A stretch of 32,000 bases of DNA from Candidatus Baldrarchaeota archaeon (GCA_019056805.1 DXJG01000009.1:93710-125709), one strand, 5' to 3'; positions 8,354-18,002 are shown, numbered from the stretch's first letter. Numbers and translations: made by a program. The notes: generated by a model from the letters alone, not told the origin.

Positions 8354-9502
8354 TTAATCACCTTCTATCCTATAAACTACACCTTGCTCGAGATCTCGTT
8401 CTTGTTTTACCCCTGGGATATCTTTAAATAGCAATCCTTTAAGCCAGGCAACTCTAAGTTTTCTTCGATATTTTTTAGAAGTTCTAAAGCTTTCTGCCAC
8501 GTGCATAATATCTTCTAAAGATGTAAAGGCTTTTCTTTCGCGGATAAATTTCCAATAATTTTCTAAACTTGGATAATATCTTCCTTTGAGTTTTAATCCG
8601 CTGCATCTTGCTGTATGCAGGTCAAAAAATCCTTCTTTGCAAGTTCCAAAAGTTAGTTTATACTCTTTGCATAGTTCAGCTATCTGCTTCAAAACTTTGT
8701 GCCTATATGTAGTCTCAGCTCTTCTATAACCAGCGAGATCTTCAAACCCCTTCTTGAAATACAACTTTTCATATTTTTTAATCAACGTATAATCGTATTT
8801 ACCCAGAAACCTTTTGAAATTCTTCCAAACAGTTTTTGAGATTTTAAGCACAGAAGAAATTATATGACGAACTCCTAACCCAGACAATGTCGAAATAAGC
8901 TCTTTTAAAACGGTAGGATCATCATTAATGTAGGGGAGAATAGGATCTATTCTAACATTTACTGGAATTCCAGTTTCTGATAACTCTTCAATTGCACGTA
9001 ATCTTCGCTCTATAGACGGGGAAAATGGCTCTAATTTCTTCTTTAATTTTTCATCTAAAGTGATAATTGTAAAAAGAACGGCGCAAAGATTCTTTGATGA
9101 AAGTTTTGAAATTATATCAATATCTCTTAAAACAAGATCTGATTTTGTAGCAATAAAACAAGGAGAGTTGAAATTATAGAATTCTTCAAGAACACCTCTT
9201 ACCAACTTATATTTCTCTTCTGCTGTTTGGTAAGGATCTGTTGCCGACCCGAAATTTACAGGTTGAAGCCTTCCTTTCCACCATTTCAACTCTCTTCTCG
9301 CAAGCTCAACAGCATTTATACGAACTTCTATTCTCTTATGGTAATCTGGTCTGAGAGAACGGGCATAACAATAGACACAGGCATGTGAACATCCAATATA
9401 GATATTTGCAGCAAAACGATGTGGACAGAATCTCCAAATTTCCCATGACCTGTCTATTGGATGTATAAGATTTTTCGCATTTTTCTCCTCGTAAACGACC
9501 AT
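8354..9502 (-). CDS. Radical SAM protein, SplB-like (COG1533-type)
   Basis: NIYIGCSHACVYCY CxxxCxxC motif, FGSATDPYQ, IATKSDLVLRDID, LEPFSPSIERRL and RIDPILP. Confidence 0.88.
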   Translation of the reverse strand: MVVYEEKNAKNLIHPIDRSWEIWRFCPHRFAANIYIGCSHACVYCYARSLRPDYHKRIEVRINAVELARRELKWWKGRLQPVNFGSATDPYQTAEEKYKLVRGVLEEFYNFNSPCFIATKSDLVLRDIDIISKLSSKNLCAVLFTIITLDEKLKKKLEPFSPSIERRLRAIEELSETGIPVNVRIDPILPYINDDPTVLKELISTLSGLGVRHIISSVLKISKTVWKNFKRFLGKYDYTLIKKYEKLYFKKGFEDLAGYRRAETTYRHKVLKQIAELCKEYKLTFGTCKEGFFDLHTARCSGLKLKGRYYPSLENYWKFIRERKAFTSLEDIMHVAESFRTSKKYRRKLRVAWLKGLLFKDIPGVKQERDLEQGVVYRIEGD

Positions 9503-9691
9503 TTTTATCCCTAAATTCTGTTTTAATACTTTTCAAGATTTTCTATGCCCGAAGGTTCAAAATATATGTTAAACTTCATTCTACGATCTTAGTTATTGTG
9601 AAAGAGTTATGGATCGACACTTTTATTTTATTGTTTGCATAAGTAAATAATACTATGTCAACCTTTTCGATATTTTATTGGAGGAACGTTA

Positions 9692-9955
9692 ATGCCAGCT
9701 AAAAAGGTTAAAGCGATATATATTGATGAAAAACTCTGTAAAGGATGCCATATTTGTATAGAATTTTGTCCACAAAAAGTTTACGTTAAATCTGAAAAAA
9801 TGAACGAGAAAGGAGTATATCCACCAATTCCTCGTTACATAGAAAAATGTGTTGCATGCAAGTTATGTGAGCTTTATTGCCCAGACTTTGCAATTGTAGT
9901 TGACGTAGAAGAACCAACTTCTGAACCAAAGGACGTACCAACGATTAAATCCTAA
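9692..9955 (+). CDS. 2[4Fe-4S] ferredoxin (2-oxoacid:ferredoxin oxidoreductase delta-subunit-like)
   Basis: CKGCHICIEFCP and CVACKLCELYCPDFAI; GGAGG SD. Confidence 0.9.
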   Translation: MPAKKVKAIYIDEKLCKGCHICIEFCPQKVYVKSEKMNEKGVYPPIPRYIEKCVACKLCELYCPDFAIVVDVEEPTSEPKDVPTIKS

Positions 9956-10038
9956 TTTTAGAAAATTTATTTTAAATACGACGTTTCTGATAGGCATTAG
10001 ATATCTATCTTAAAAAACGATTTGTAGAATTTTTCAAA

Positions 10039-10099
10039 TTTTCAGTGTCCACGGCATCAATCATCGCGTAAGCTCAGAGTCGTCGCCAGTCATCATGTT
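10039..10099 (-). ncRNA. C/D-box guide sRNA (double guide)
   Basis: Minus strand reads AUGAUGA (C) CUGGCGACGACU CUGA (D-prime) GCUUAC GCGAUGA (C-prime) UUGAUGCCGUGGACA CUGA (D); TTTATATA TATA at 10123-10130. Confidence 0.9.
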
Positions 10100-10218
10100 C
10101 GAAAATAAATGAAACCTAACCTTATATAAATTATCTCATGTTTTTTAACATAAATTATGCATTATTGGTTCGAAATTTATTTCTGTAATTTAAAATTAAA
10201 CCGATTTTAACTAAGTGT

Positions 10219-10551
10219 TTAGTAGTCGCTAAATTTTTTAAGAAGTTTAAAATGAATTACGGTAATTTTATCATTCGGTTTAATTTGACCATAATATTTT
10301 CTCAAAGCTTTAAAAAGCTCTTCTTTTGTTAAAAATCCATCTTTTACAGCATCTTCTTCGCTTAATTCAGATATTTGTGTGTATTTAACTTCTGTTATCT
10401 CCGCCTCCGCATATATTCTATTTTGAGAGGTAATTAAAACCTTTTCTCCAATTTTAAAGTCTCTAATACCTTTTCTAATGGTTGTTATCTTTTTCCCCTC
10501 AAGTATTTTCTTAATATAAGACTCATCGAAATCTAAGGTCTTCTTACGCAT
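10219..10551 (-). CDS. ASCH domain protein (YqfB-like)
   Basis: LDFDESYIKKILEGKKITTIRK...GEKV and ELSEEDAVKDGF. The ORF is open to a GTG at 10560; the ATG at 10551 is preferred. Confidence 0.88.
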   Translation of the reverse strand: MRKKTLDFDESYIKKILEGKKITTIRKGIRDFKIGEKVLITSQNRIYAEAEITEVKYTQISELSEEDAVKDGFLTKEELFKALRKYYGQIKPNDKITVIHFKLLKKFSDY

Positions 10552-10681
10552 TTTACCCACTCACTATGCTGGTTTTTCTTCTAAAACCTTTGGCAACTAT
10601 ACCTCTAAAAATAAAAATTAAATTTATTAACATTTACTACGAACGTTATTTCCCAATTCAACTTCTCTCGAGGTGTGGCAA

Positions 10682-11623
10682 ATGCAAAAAGCGACTATTG
10701 TCGTTCACGGAGGTGCGGGACGTATCAGACCAGAATTTAGAGAAAAAGCTTTAAAAGGCGTTAAAAGAGCCGCCGAAGCTGGATTCGACACGCTGAAAAG
10801 GGGAGGTTCAGCACTTGATGCTGTTGAAGAAGCTGTTAAAGTTTTAGAGGACGATCCAACTTTCAATGCAGGTATAGGGTCCACATTAACTGTTAATGGA
10901 AAAATTGAAATGGATGCATCAATCATGGATGGAAAAACATTAAATGCAGGAGCAGTAGCCATGGTTAGCAATATTAGGCATCCAGTGACCCTTGCAAGAA
11001 TAATAATGGAAAAAACAGATCATGTATTTATCGCTGGCAGCTTTGCAGAAACGATCGCTGAACTATTTAATCTTGAGAGATGTAACCCAATTACGGAAGA
11101 TCGATTAAAAATATGGAAAGAATATAAAACAAAGGCAATAGAAGGAACTTATCCATACCTACCGAAATTAACCGATCTAATTAAGTTGTTACCCGAACTT
11201 ATTGCAGATACTGTGGGGGCGGTTGCAAGGGATCAAGATGGTAATGTAGCCGCTGCAACAAGTACAGGAGGTTTAACCCTAAAATTACCTGGAAGAATAG
11301 GAGACACTCCATTAATAGGCTGTGGAAACTACGCAGATAACGATGCAGGCGCAGTTTCAGCCACAGGAATTGGCGAAGTAGCTATAAGACTGGTCATTGC
11401 TAAAACAATATGCGACTTCATGAAAAACGGACTAATAGCACAAAAAGCCGCTGAAAAAGGCATAGAACTAGTTATACAAAAACAAAACAACCTGCCAATG
11501 GGAGTTATTGCAGTAGATAAATACGGAAATCCCGGAATAGCACATAATTCAGAAAGTCTATCATGGGCAATGATAACCTCCGACAACTTAAAGACTATAG
11601 CAGGACTAAAATATCCACCATAG
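10682..11623 (+). CDS. iaaA: Isoaspartyl peptidase/L-asparaginase (Ntn-hydrolase)
   Basis: IVVHGGAG, LEDDPTFNAG, EMDASIMDG, autoproteolysis site DTVGAVA, ATSTGG, GRIGDTP and SATGIGE; GAGGTG SD before the ATG at 10682. Confidence 0.95.
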   Translation: MQKATIVVHGGAGRIRPEFREKALKGVKRAAEAGFDTLKRGGSALDAVEEAVKVLEDDPTFNAGIGSTLTVNGKIEMDASIMDGKTLNAGAVAMVSNIRHPVTLARIIMEKTDHVFIAGSFAETIAELFNLERCNPITEDRLKIWKEYKTKAIEGTYPYLPKLTDLIKLLPELIADTVGAVARDQDGNVAAATSTGGLTLKLPGRIGDTPLIGCGNYADNDAGAVSATGIGEVAIRLVIAKTICDFMKNGLIAQKAAEKGIELVIQKQNNLPMGVIAVDKYGNPGIAHNSESLSWAMITSDNLKTIAGLKYPP

Positions 11624-12226
11624 GTGTTTTGTTTGCTTCAAATTAATATTATTGACAAACCTCTTATTTTTAAACAAGGAGACATAGTAGCAATATTACA
11701 TTGCAAAAATAACGATTATATTCAATTAATTTACAAGATAGTTTTAGAATCGTTAAAAAACAAGCTAAAAACCTTAATAGTTGATTGTTCCTATAGCTTT
11801 AGAGAAACTGTTCTTCAAAACTTTTGTAAAGAAACAAAAATAGATTTTAACTCTCTAAAAACTTGGCTGAAGAAAATTACTATACGTGATGAAAATATTC
11901 TCCTTTCAACAATTCGTCAAATATATCATGATTCAACACAAAATTTTCAAATACTCATTTTTCTACACGTTAGTTTTCTCTTAGGAAAACTTTATAAAAA
12001 GCTAAAGGAAAGAGAACAGGTCATTAAAGACCTATTCTCTGTTATTGGACTATTAAAATCACCGAACCGAATAATTTTTATCATTGAAAGAATGTTAGAG
12101 GGATTTTACCCCACAGAATGTATAGCCAGAGAAGAAGTAGAACAAATAGCAAATCAAAAAATATATTTTCTCCCCTACAAAACCATAAACATAAATGGGA
12201 ACAAAAAAGCCTACAAACAAATATAA
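11624..12226 (+). CDS. Hypothetical protein, possibly a degenerate RecA/RadA-fold domain
   Basis: 200-aa ORF directly after iaaA. The order GDIVAIL..., TLIVDCSYSF, LIFLHVSFL echoes RecA-fold strands, but there is no Walker A GKT. Confidence 0.45.
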   Translation: MFCLLQINIIDKPLIFKQGDIVAILHCKNNDYIQLIYKIVLESLKNKLKTLIVDCSYSFRETVLQNFCKETKIDFNSLKTWLKKITIRDENILLSTIRQIYHDSTQNFQILIFLHVSFLLGKLYKKLKEREQVIKDLFSVIGLLKSPNRIIFIIERMLEGFYPTECIAREEVEQIANQKIYFLPYKTININGNKKAYKQI

Positions 12227-12258
12227 CCCATAAAATTTAACCTTAAAGGAGGAGTTCT

Positions 12259-14067
12259 ATGAGAGTTGCTGTATTGAACAGAGATAGATGTAAGCCAAAG
12301 GACTGCGGACTCCCATGCATCAAGTTTTGTCCCATGGTTCGTACAGGGGTAGCAGCCATCTATATGGATGAAGAAACAGGAAAACCAATAATATCCGAAA
12401 AGCTATGTACAGGCTGCGGAATATGCGTGAAGAAATGCCCATTCTCTGCGATAAACATAGTTAACCTCCCAGAAAAATTAAAGGAAGATCTTGTTCACAG
12501 ATACGGAGTAAATGGGTTCGAACTTTTCCGTTTACCATTACCAAAAATTGGTAAAATTACAGGTTTAATCGGCCCAAATGGCGTTGGAAAAACAACAGCT
12601 CTTAGAATACTAGCAGGAGAAATCAGACCCAACCTTGGAAAACATGATAAACCACCAGAGTGGGATGAAATTATCACTTATTTTAGAGGTTCGGAACTTC
12701 AACCTTACTTTGAAAAAATGGCAAACCAAAAGTTACATGTTGTACATAAGCCGCAAAACATAACAAAGCTTCCTAAAGTTGCAAAAGGAATAGTTAGCGA
12801 ACTCCTAGGCAAAGTTGATGAAAGAGGTATACTTGATGAACTTTCAGAAAAACTAGGACTAGATAAGGTTTGGGACCGCAAGTTAAGTGTACTAAGTGGA
12901 GGAGAACTACAAAAAGTAGCAATAGCAGCCGTAATGATTAGAGATGCTGATGTATATCTTTTTGACGAGCCTTCAAGTTATTTAGATGTAAAAGAACGTA
13001 TAAAAGTAGCAAAAACAATAAGATCACTAATTGAAGAAAACAGAACTGTAATAGTAGTAGAACACGATTTAGCCATGCTTGACTATCTCTCAGATTTCGT
13101 TTGTGTTTTCTACGGAGAACCAGGAGTTTATGGAATAGTATCACATCCACATGGGGTTCGAGAAGGCATCAACATATATTTAGATGGATTTCTACCCGAT
13201 GAAAACATCAGATTTAGAGATGAACCTGTACGTTTCAAACTTCGCCCTGTTCCTGTAGAAAAACTTGGAACAGAAACAATACTTTTAGAATTCGATAAAA
13301 TGACAAAATCTTATGACGGTTTTAAACTTATAGTAGAGGGAGGAAAAATTCACTATGGTGAAATAATAGGCATATTAGGACCAAATGGTATCGGCAAAAC
13401 AACCTTTGTCAAAATGTTAGCAGGAATAATTAACCCAGATGAAGGAACACCACCGCAAAAAGAACTCAAAGTCAGCTACAAACCACAGTATGTAACACCA
13501 GACTACGACGGAACAGTAAGAATGTTACTAAGACAAATAGCCAAAGACAAATTTGGAACAAGCCTTTACAAGTCAGAAATCATACGACCACTACAACTTC
13601 AATATCTGCTTGATCAAAACGTAGCAGATCTAAGTGGAGGAGAACTACAAAGAGTAGCAATAGCAGTATGTTTATCCAGAGATGCAGATCTATATTTACT
13701 TGATGAACCTAGTGCATTTCTGGATGTTGAACAGAGACTAGCCGCTGCAAAAACAATAAGAAAAGTAGTAGAAAGTAAAGGAGCAGCAGCATTTGTTGTT
13801 GAACACGATATTGTTGCCCAAGACTTCATAGCAGATAGTCTAATGATCTTTACAGGAGAACCTGGAAAACAAGGAATAGCTCTACCACCAATGGGACTAA
13901 GGGAAGGAATGAACACCTTTCTCAAAGAAATGCAAATAACATTTAGACGCGACCCTCAAACGGGAAGACCAAGGGTAAATAAAGAAGGATCACGACTTGA
14001 CAGATATCAGAAATCAATCAACGAATACTACTACTTACCAGTGAAAGAAACAACAGAAGAAGAATGA
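12259..14067 (+). CDS. rli: Ribosome recycling ATPase ABCE1/Rli1
   Basis: N-terminal FeS domain (CKPKDCGLPCIKFCP, CTGCGICVKKCP), two ABC domains (GPNGVGKTT, LSGGELQ, DEPSS; GPNGIGKTT, LSGGELQR, DEPSA) and ITFRRD...RPRVNK. Confidence 0.98.
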   Translation: MRVAVLNRDRCKPKDCGLPCIKFCPMVRTGVAAIYMDEETGKPIISEKLCTGCGICVKKCPFSAINIVNLPEKLKEDLVHRYGVNGFELFRLPLPKIGKITGLIGPNGVGKTTALRILAGEIRPNLGKHDKPPEWDEIITYFRGSELQPYFEKMANQKLHVVHKPQNITKLPKVAKGIVSELLGKVDERGILDELSEKLGLDKVWDRKLSVLSGGELQKVAIAAVMIRDADVYLFDEPSSYLDVKERIKVAKTIRSLIEENRTVIVVEHDLAMLDYLSDFVCVFYGEPGVYGIVSHPHGVREGINIYLDGFLPDENIRFRDEPVRFKLRPVPVEKLGTETILLEFDKMTKSYDGFKLIVEGGKIHYGEIIGILGPNGIGKTTFVKMLAGIINPDEGTPPQKELKVSYKPQYVTPDYDGTVRMLLRQIAKDKFGTSLYKSEIIRPLQLQYLLDQNVADLSGGELQRVAIAVCLSRDADLYLLDEPSAFLDVEQRLAAAKTIRKVVESKGAAAFVVEHDIVAQDFIADSLMIFTGEPGKQGIALPPMGLREGMNTFLKEMQITFRRDPQTGRPRVNKEGSRLDRYQKSINEYYYLPVKETTEEE

Positions 14068-14182
14068 AAACTTCTTATAAACAAATCAAACTTCATTTAA
14101 AATATGTTGTGCAAAACTTCTGTAAAATACCTGTATCTTAAATTTATATCGTTATGTAGCGAAAAACAAAGAAGTAAATTGT

Positions 14183-15736
14183 TTAATTTGTAGCTACACT
14201 GGCTGCTTCTATTTCTGTTAATTTGCCTCTTTGCTTCTTCCATTCTTCAATGGGTACAGCGAATTGCCGTTCGACTATAGGTCTATGAATACTGTTCATA
14301 GTACAGAATGGTACAATGCGACCATCAGGAAGTCCATAATGAATACAGCAACGTTCTACTCGTTCCAAGTCGAAGTTATATGGATCCATAAAGTGCATAG
14401 ATCCTATCATTATTATTCTTCTCATGAACTCTCCAAGCGAACTGTAATCTCCACGTTTTAGAATAGTTACTATCAAGTCTTTTAGTAGACCCTTTTTCTT
14501 AACGTACCTTACTGCACCAAGCAATCTTAATTTAGATTTTATTTTGTCTATTCTTCCTCCTTTCTCTAGATCGTCAGCGATCTTTTCCAGGGTCCCCATG
14601 AATCGCTCTACATCTATGTATTTTGTTATCGGCACATATTCGTTATTTTCCTCTACTACTATGAATGTAGCCATTCCACATGCTGGGTGTGTTGAAAATT
14701 CTACGGCCGGATTTCCTTTTGTTAATCCAAGTGCTCTAGATAGGGGTATCGGGAATGAAGTAGGGTACCAATCTTCTTCCTTTATTATTCCATTTGTTTG
14801 TTCTTCTGTTAATTTCATTAGGTCTGGTATTGTTATACGCATTTTCTCTCTTTCTTCACGATCTATTCTTCCAGTTATAGAAACTGGTTGAAAGTTTACC
14901 CCCCTTATCACATCGTAATTTTTAACGGCAAATTCTATAATTTTTCCAATTTGATTATCATTTACACCTCTAACAAGCGTTGGAACAAGAACGATACTGT
15001 GAAGACCTACCTTTCTACAAACTTCGATAGCCTTTAGTTTCTCTGGTAAAAGGTTACGACCTCTAGCTATTTCGTAAGGTTCAGGTGTTATACCATCAAA
15101 CTGAAGATATATTGTACTTAACCCAGCTTCCTTAAGTTTTCTAGCATATTCTTCATCTGTTAGCCGTAAGCCGTTTGTCGCTATCTCAACATGAGGGAAT
15201 CCGACTTCCTTAGCCATTCTTATAAGCTCTGGTAAATCTTCCCTAACAGTCGGTTCACCACCAGCAAATTGTACAGCTGGCGCTGGTACAGGTCTATTGT
15301 TCCTGAAATTTACGAGAATTTTCCGTATCTCTTCCTTTGAAGGTTCATATACGTATCCAGCTGAAGCAGCGTTTGCAAAACATATCGGACATCGCAGGTT
15401 GCAACGATTTGTTACATCGATTAGCGCTAGGGCTGTGTGTGTTTTATGATTGGGGCAAAGACCGCAATCTTGTGGACAACCTTTTTGTGTTTGTGTTCTA
15501 GGATTTTCCAATCCTAATCCTTTATACCACCATCTCATAGCTCTTTTGAATTGTTCTACACTTCCCCAGTAAACATCTTTAAATGTTCCATGCTGTGGAC
15601 ATGTTTTTTCTATCATTACCTTTCCATTTTCTTCGTAAACTTTTGCGGCTATGACATTAACCTTACCGTCAAGGATACATTCAGGACATAGCGATTTCGT
15701 TTCGTAGGGCAGTACCTTTGGCGGTTCCCTCTCCAT
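14183..15736 (-). CDS. tes: Tetraether lipid synthase Tes / GDGT macrocyclic archaeol synthase (MJ0619 family radical SAM)
   Basis: N-terminal TKSLCPEC...KTCPQHG, GCPQDCGLCPNH, DVTNRCNLRCPICFANA, QFAGGEPT, NFQPVSITGR, HPACG, MHFMDPYNFD-ERV-RCCIHY and IVPFCT-N are colinear with MJ0619 over the full length. Confidence 0.88.
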   Translation of the reverse strand: MEREPPKVLPYETKSLCPECILDGKVNVIAAKVYEENGKVMIEKTCPQHGTFKDVYWGSVEQFKRAMRWWYKGLGLENPRTQTQKGCPQDCGLCPNHKTHTALALIDVTNRCNLRCPICFANAASAGYVYEPSKEEIRKILVNFRNNRPVPAPAVQFAGGEPTVREDLPELIRMAKEVGFPHVEIATNGLRLTDEEYARKLKEAGLSTIYLQFDGITPEPYEIARGRNLLPEKLKAIEVCRKVGLHSIVLVPTLVRGVNDNQIGKIIEFAVKNYDVIRGVNFQPVSITGRIDREEREKMRITIPDLMKLTEEQTNGIIKEEDWYPTSFPIPLSRALGLTKGNPAVEFSTHPACGMATFIVVEENNEYVPITKYIDVERFMGTLEKIADDLEKGGRIDKIKSKLRLLGAVRYVKKKGLLKDLIVTILKRGDYSSLGEFMRRIIMIGSMHFMDPYNFDLERVERCCIHYGLPDGRIVPFCTMNSIHRPIVERQFAVPIEEWKKQRGKLTEIEAASVATN

Positions 15737-16082
15737 TGGTACACCTCCTTCTTATAGCTATTAATGTTCTTACAAGCAATTTAACTATTTTCCAACCTTT
15801 CATACGGGAAATGGTAGGAAATAATATAAACTCAATAAACAAGTCTAATTAACGCATATGACAATTTACTCAATAAATAAATCATACAATAAATTCTTTG
15901 TTTCTATAGCATAGAAATTTAAATTTCTGATAATTCAAGAGTTTTATGGATTTTTCGGCTTTGTTTATTAAATAAGTTTTGAATTCGTAAACACGTACAT
16001 CCATAATTCTTTCACCGCAGTGTTTCCAAATAATTTTATAATAAGTTTTCTAATATATTTTAAATGAAAGAGGAGGTTAAAT

Positions 16083-17804
16083 ATGGGCGAAATATCTGGT
16101 GGAAGGCTTGTTGCTAAGGCATTAAAAGCAGAAGGAGTGAAATATGTCTTTTCTCTGCCGGGTGGACATATTGCCCCAATATATGAAGGATTAATAGAAG
16201 AAGGCATCGAAATTATAAGTACACGGCATGAACAAGCAGCTGGAAATGCAGCAGATGGTTGGGGAAGAGTTACAAGAACTCCAGGTGTCTGTCTTGTTAC
16301 AGCAGGTCCAGGAATTGTAAATTTAATTCCCGCACTAGCTCAAGCCTACTACGCTAATAGTCCAGTCATCGGGATTACGGGACACACTGCATTTGTATTC
16401 TCGGATAAACATGCTTTTCAAGAAGTCGATAGCATAGCACTAGCTAATCCTGTAACGAAATGGGCAAAAACTTGTTCAATAGTTTATAGGATCCCAGAAT
16501 ATGTACAAGACGCTTTTAGAGCAGCAACTTCTGGAAAAATGGGTCCTGTACTTTTAGATTTCCCACTTGATACGATGTGTTTGTCTTGTGATGAATCAAA
16601 AGTATCAATATTTCCTCCAGAGAAATACAGAGCAACAGGGAAAATATATGGGGATCCAATATTAATTAAAAAGGCAGCAGAAATGTTATTAAATGCGGAA
16701 AGACCGATAATACTTGCAGGAAGTGGAGTTTACTGGTCAAATGCTTCAGAAGAATTAATAAAGTTTGCAGAATTTGCACAAATTCCTGTAGTATATTATG
16801 AACTTGGGCAAGGCTGTATTCCAGATGATCACCCCCTCTGTATAGGAAACGCGATCGTAGGCTTACGATTTGCAAAACCTGATGTTATGCTTGCTATTGG
16901 AGTATGTTTTGACGAATTACTGGGATTCGGTATCGACGAAATTATGTATCCAAAAGATTTGAAAGTGGTTCATGTTGACATAGAGCCAAGCATTATTGGG
17001 AAAAACCGCCCGATAGATTTAGGGATTATTGGAGACCCTAAGGCGGTATTATCTCAATTGTTAGAAGCTATGAAACAAATTTTAGAAAAAGAAGGAATTA
17101 AAGAGAGACCATGGGCAAAAAGGCTAGCAGAAATAAAGAAAACATTTTTCTCAGGATTTGAAAAGGCAGGGGATTCGACAGCCAAACCGATAAGACCTGA
17201 GAGATTAATGAAAGAAATACGTGAATTCGTAACATCGGATACCATTGTTATTTTAGATGGTGGAGATACATCTGTTTGGGCGCATACATATCTCAAAGCG
17301 CAGTCTCCTGGACAAATAATAGGTTCACAAGGACCTTTAGGCCATTTAGGTGCGGGAATACCCATGGGAATTGCAGCAAAACTTGCAAAACCTGAAAAGA
17401 AAGTTTTCGTTATAACTGGAGATGGCAGCTTTCTTTTTAACGGTGCAGAAATAGACACTGCAGTAAGATACAACATTCCATTTGTAGTTATAATTGCAAA
17501 TGATAGTTATTGGGGCATGGTATATCATGGAAATGTAATAGCATGGAAGTCTAAAGAAAAATCCTCAATAGGAACAAAATTGAATGAAAAAGTTAGATAT
17601 GATAAATTCGCCGAAAGTCTTGGAGGATACGGGGAAACTGTCACAGAACCAGAAGAAATTAAACCAGCAATCCAAAGAGCCTTAAAAGAAAATGTTCCCG
17701 CTGTTATCGATGTTCGCATAGACACAGAAGCCATCACAATACTCGCACAATATTTCGCATCCACAGCAACATCACAATTTTGGAAAAAATACTGGACATT
17801 CTAA
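16083..17804 (+). CDS. Thiamine-diphosphate-dependent enzyme, acetolactate synthase / 2-hydroxyacyl-CoA lyase family
   Basis: RHEQAAG catalytic Glu, VTAGPG, FQE and the ThDP motif GDGSFLFN...N. Substrate cannot be assigned from motifs. Confidence 0.9.
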   Translation: MGEISGGRLVAKALKAEGVKYVFSLPGGHIAPIYEGLIEEGIEIISTRHEQAAGNAADGWGRVTRTPGVCLVTAGPGIVNLIPALAQAYYANSPVIGITGHTAFVFSDKHAFQEVDSIALANPVTKWAKTCSIVYRIPEYVQDAFRAATSGKMGPVLLDFPLDTMCLSCDESKVSIFPPEKYRATGKIYGDPILIKKAAEMLLNAERPIILAGSGVYWSNASEELIKFAEFAQIPVVYYELGQGCIPDDHPLCIGNAIVGLRFAKPDVMLAIGVCFDELLGFGIDEIMYPKDLKVVHVDIEPSIIGKNRPIDLGIIGDPKAVLSQLLEAMKQILEKEGIKERPWAKRLAEIKKTFFSGFEKAGDSTAKPIRPERLMKEIREFVTSDTIVILDGGDTSVWAHTYLKAQSPGQIIGSQGPLGHLGAGIPMGIAAKLAKPEKKVFVITGDGSFLFNGAEIDTAVRYNIPFVVIIANDSYWGMVYHGNVIAWKSKEKSSIGTKLNEKVRYDKFAESLGGYGETVTEPEEIKPAIQRALKENVPAVIDVRIDTEAITILAQYFASTATSQFWKKYWTF

Positions 17805-17880
17805 CCCATTTTATTTCTTCAAGAGAAGTGAAATCCTTAAGAAGAAATGTTTTTAAGTCCGGGGGCTATCTGAATTAAAT

Positions 17881-17943
17881 GGGCTGATGATAGAGCCTGT
17901 CGACGTGGATTCAAGATGACTGTCGACCAACGGTTTGAAGCCC
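17881..17943 (+). ncRNA. Candidate C/D-box sRNA
   Basis: BRE/TATA (GAAGAAA..TTTTTAAG, 17841-17857) 24 nt upstream; terminal stem GGGCU/AGCCC; C box CUGAUGA; putative D-prime UGGA, C-prime AAGAUGA and D UUGA; 63-nt length typical of archaeal sRNAs. Confidence 0.65.
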
Positions 17944-18002
17944 GCTTTCATTTATCGTATAAAATCTTCATTTTCGATTATATTCGTTAAAATGGTGATT
18001 AC

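Noticed and set aside
14183-15736. MoaA/PqqE annotation
   Set aside because: The length and the N- and C-terminal motifs match the MJ0619/Tes family; the MoaA C-terminal CxxCx13C signature is absent.
7273-17943. SECIS elements or selenoproteins as the explanation for the AUGA-containing structured RNAs
   Set aside because: No neighbouring CDS shows an in-frame UGA requiring readthrough, and box order plus dedicated TATA boxes fit C/D-type sRNAs better.
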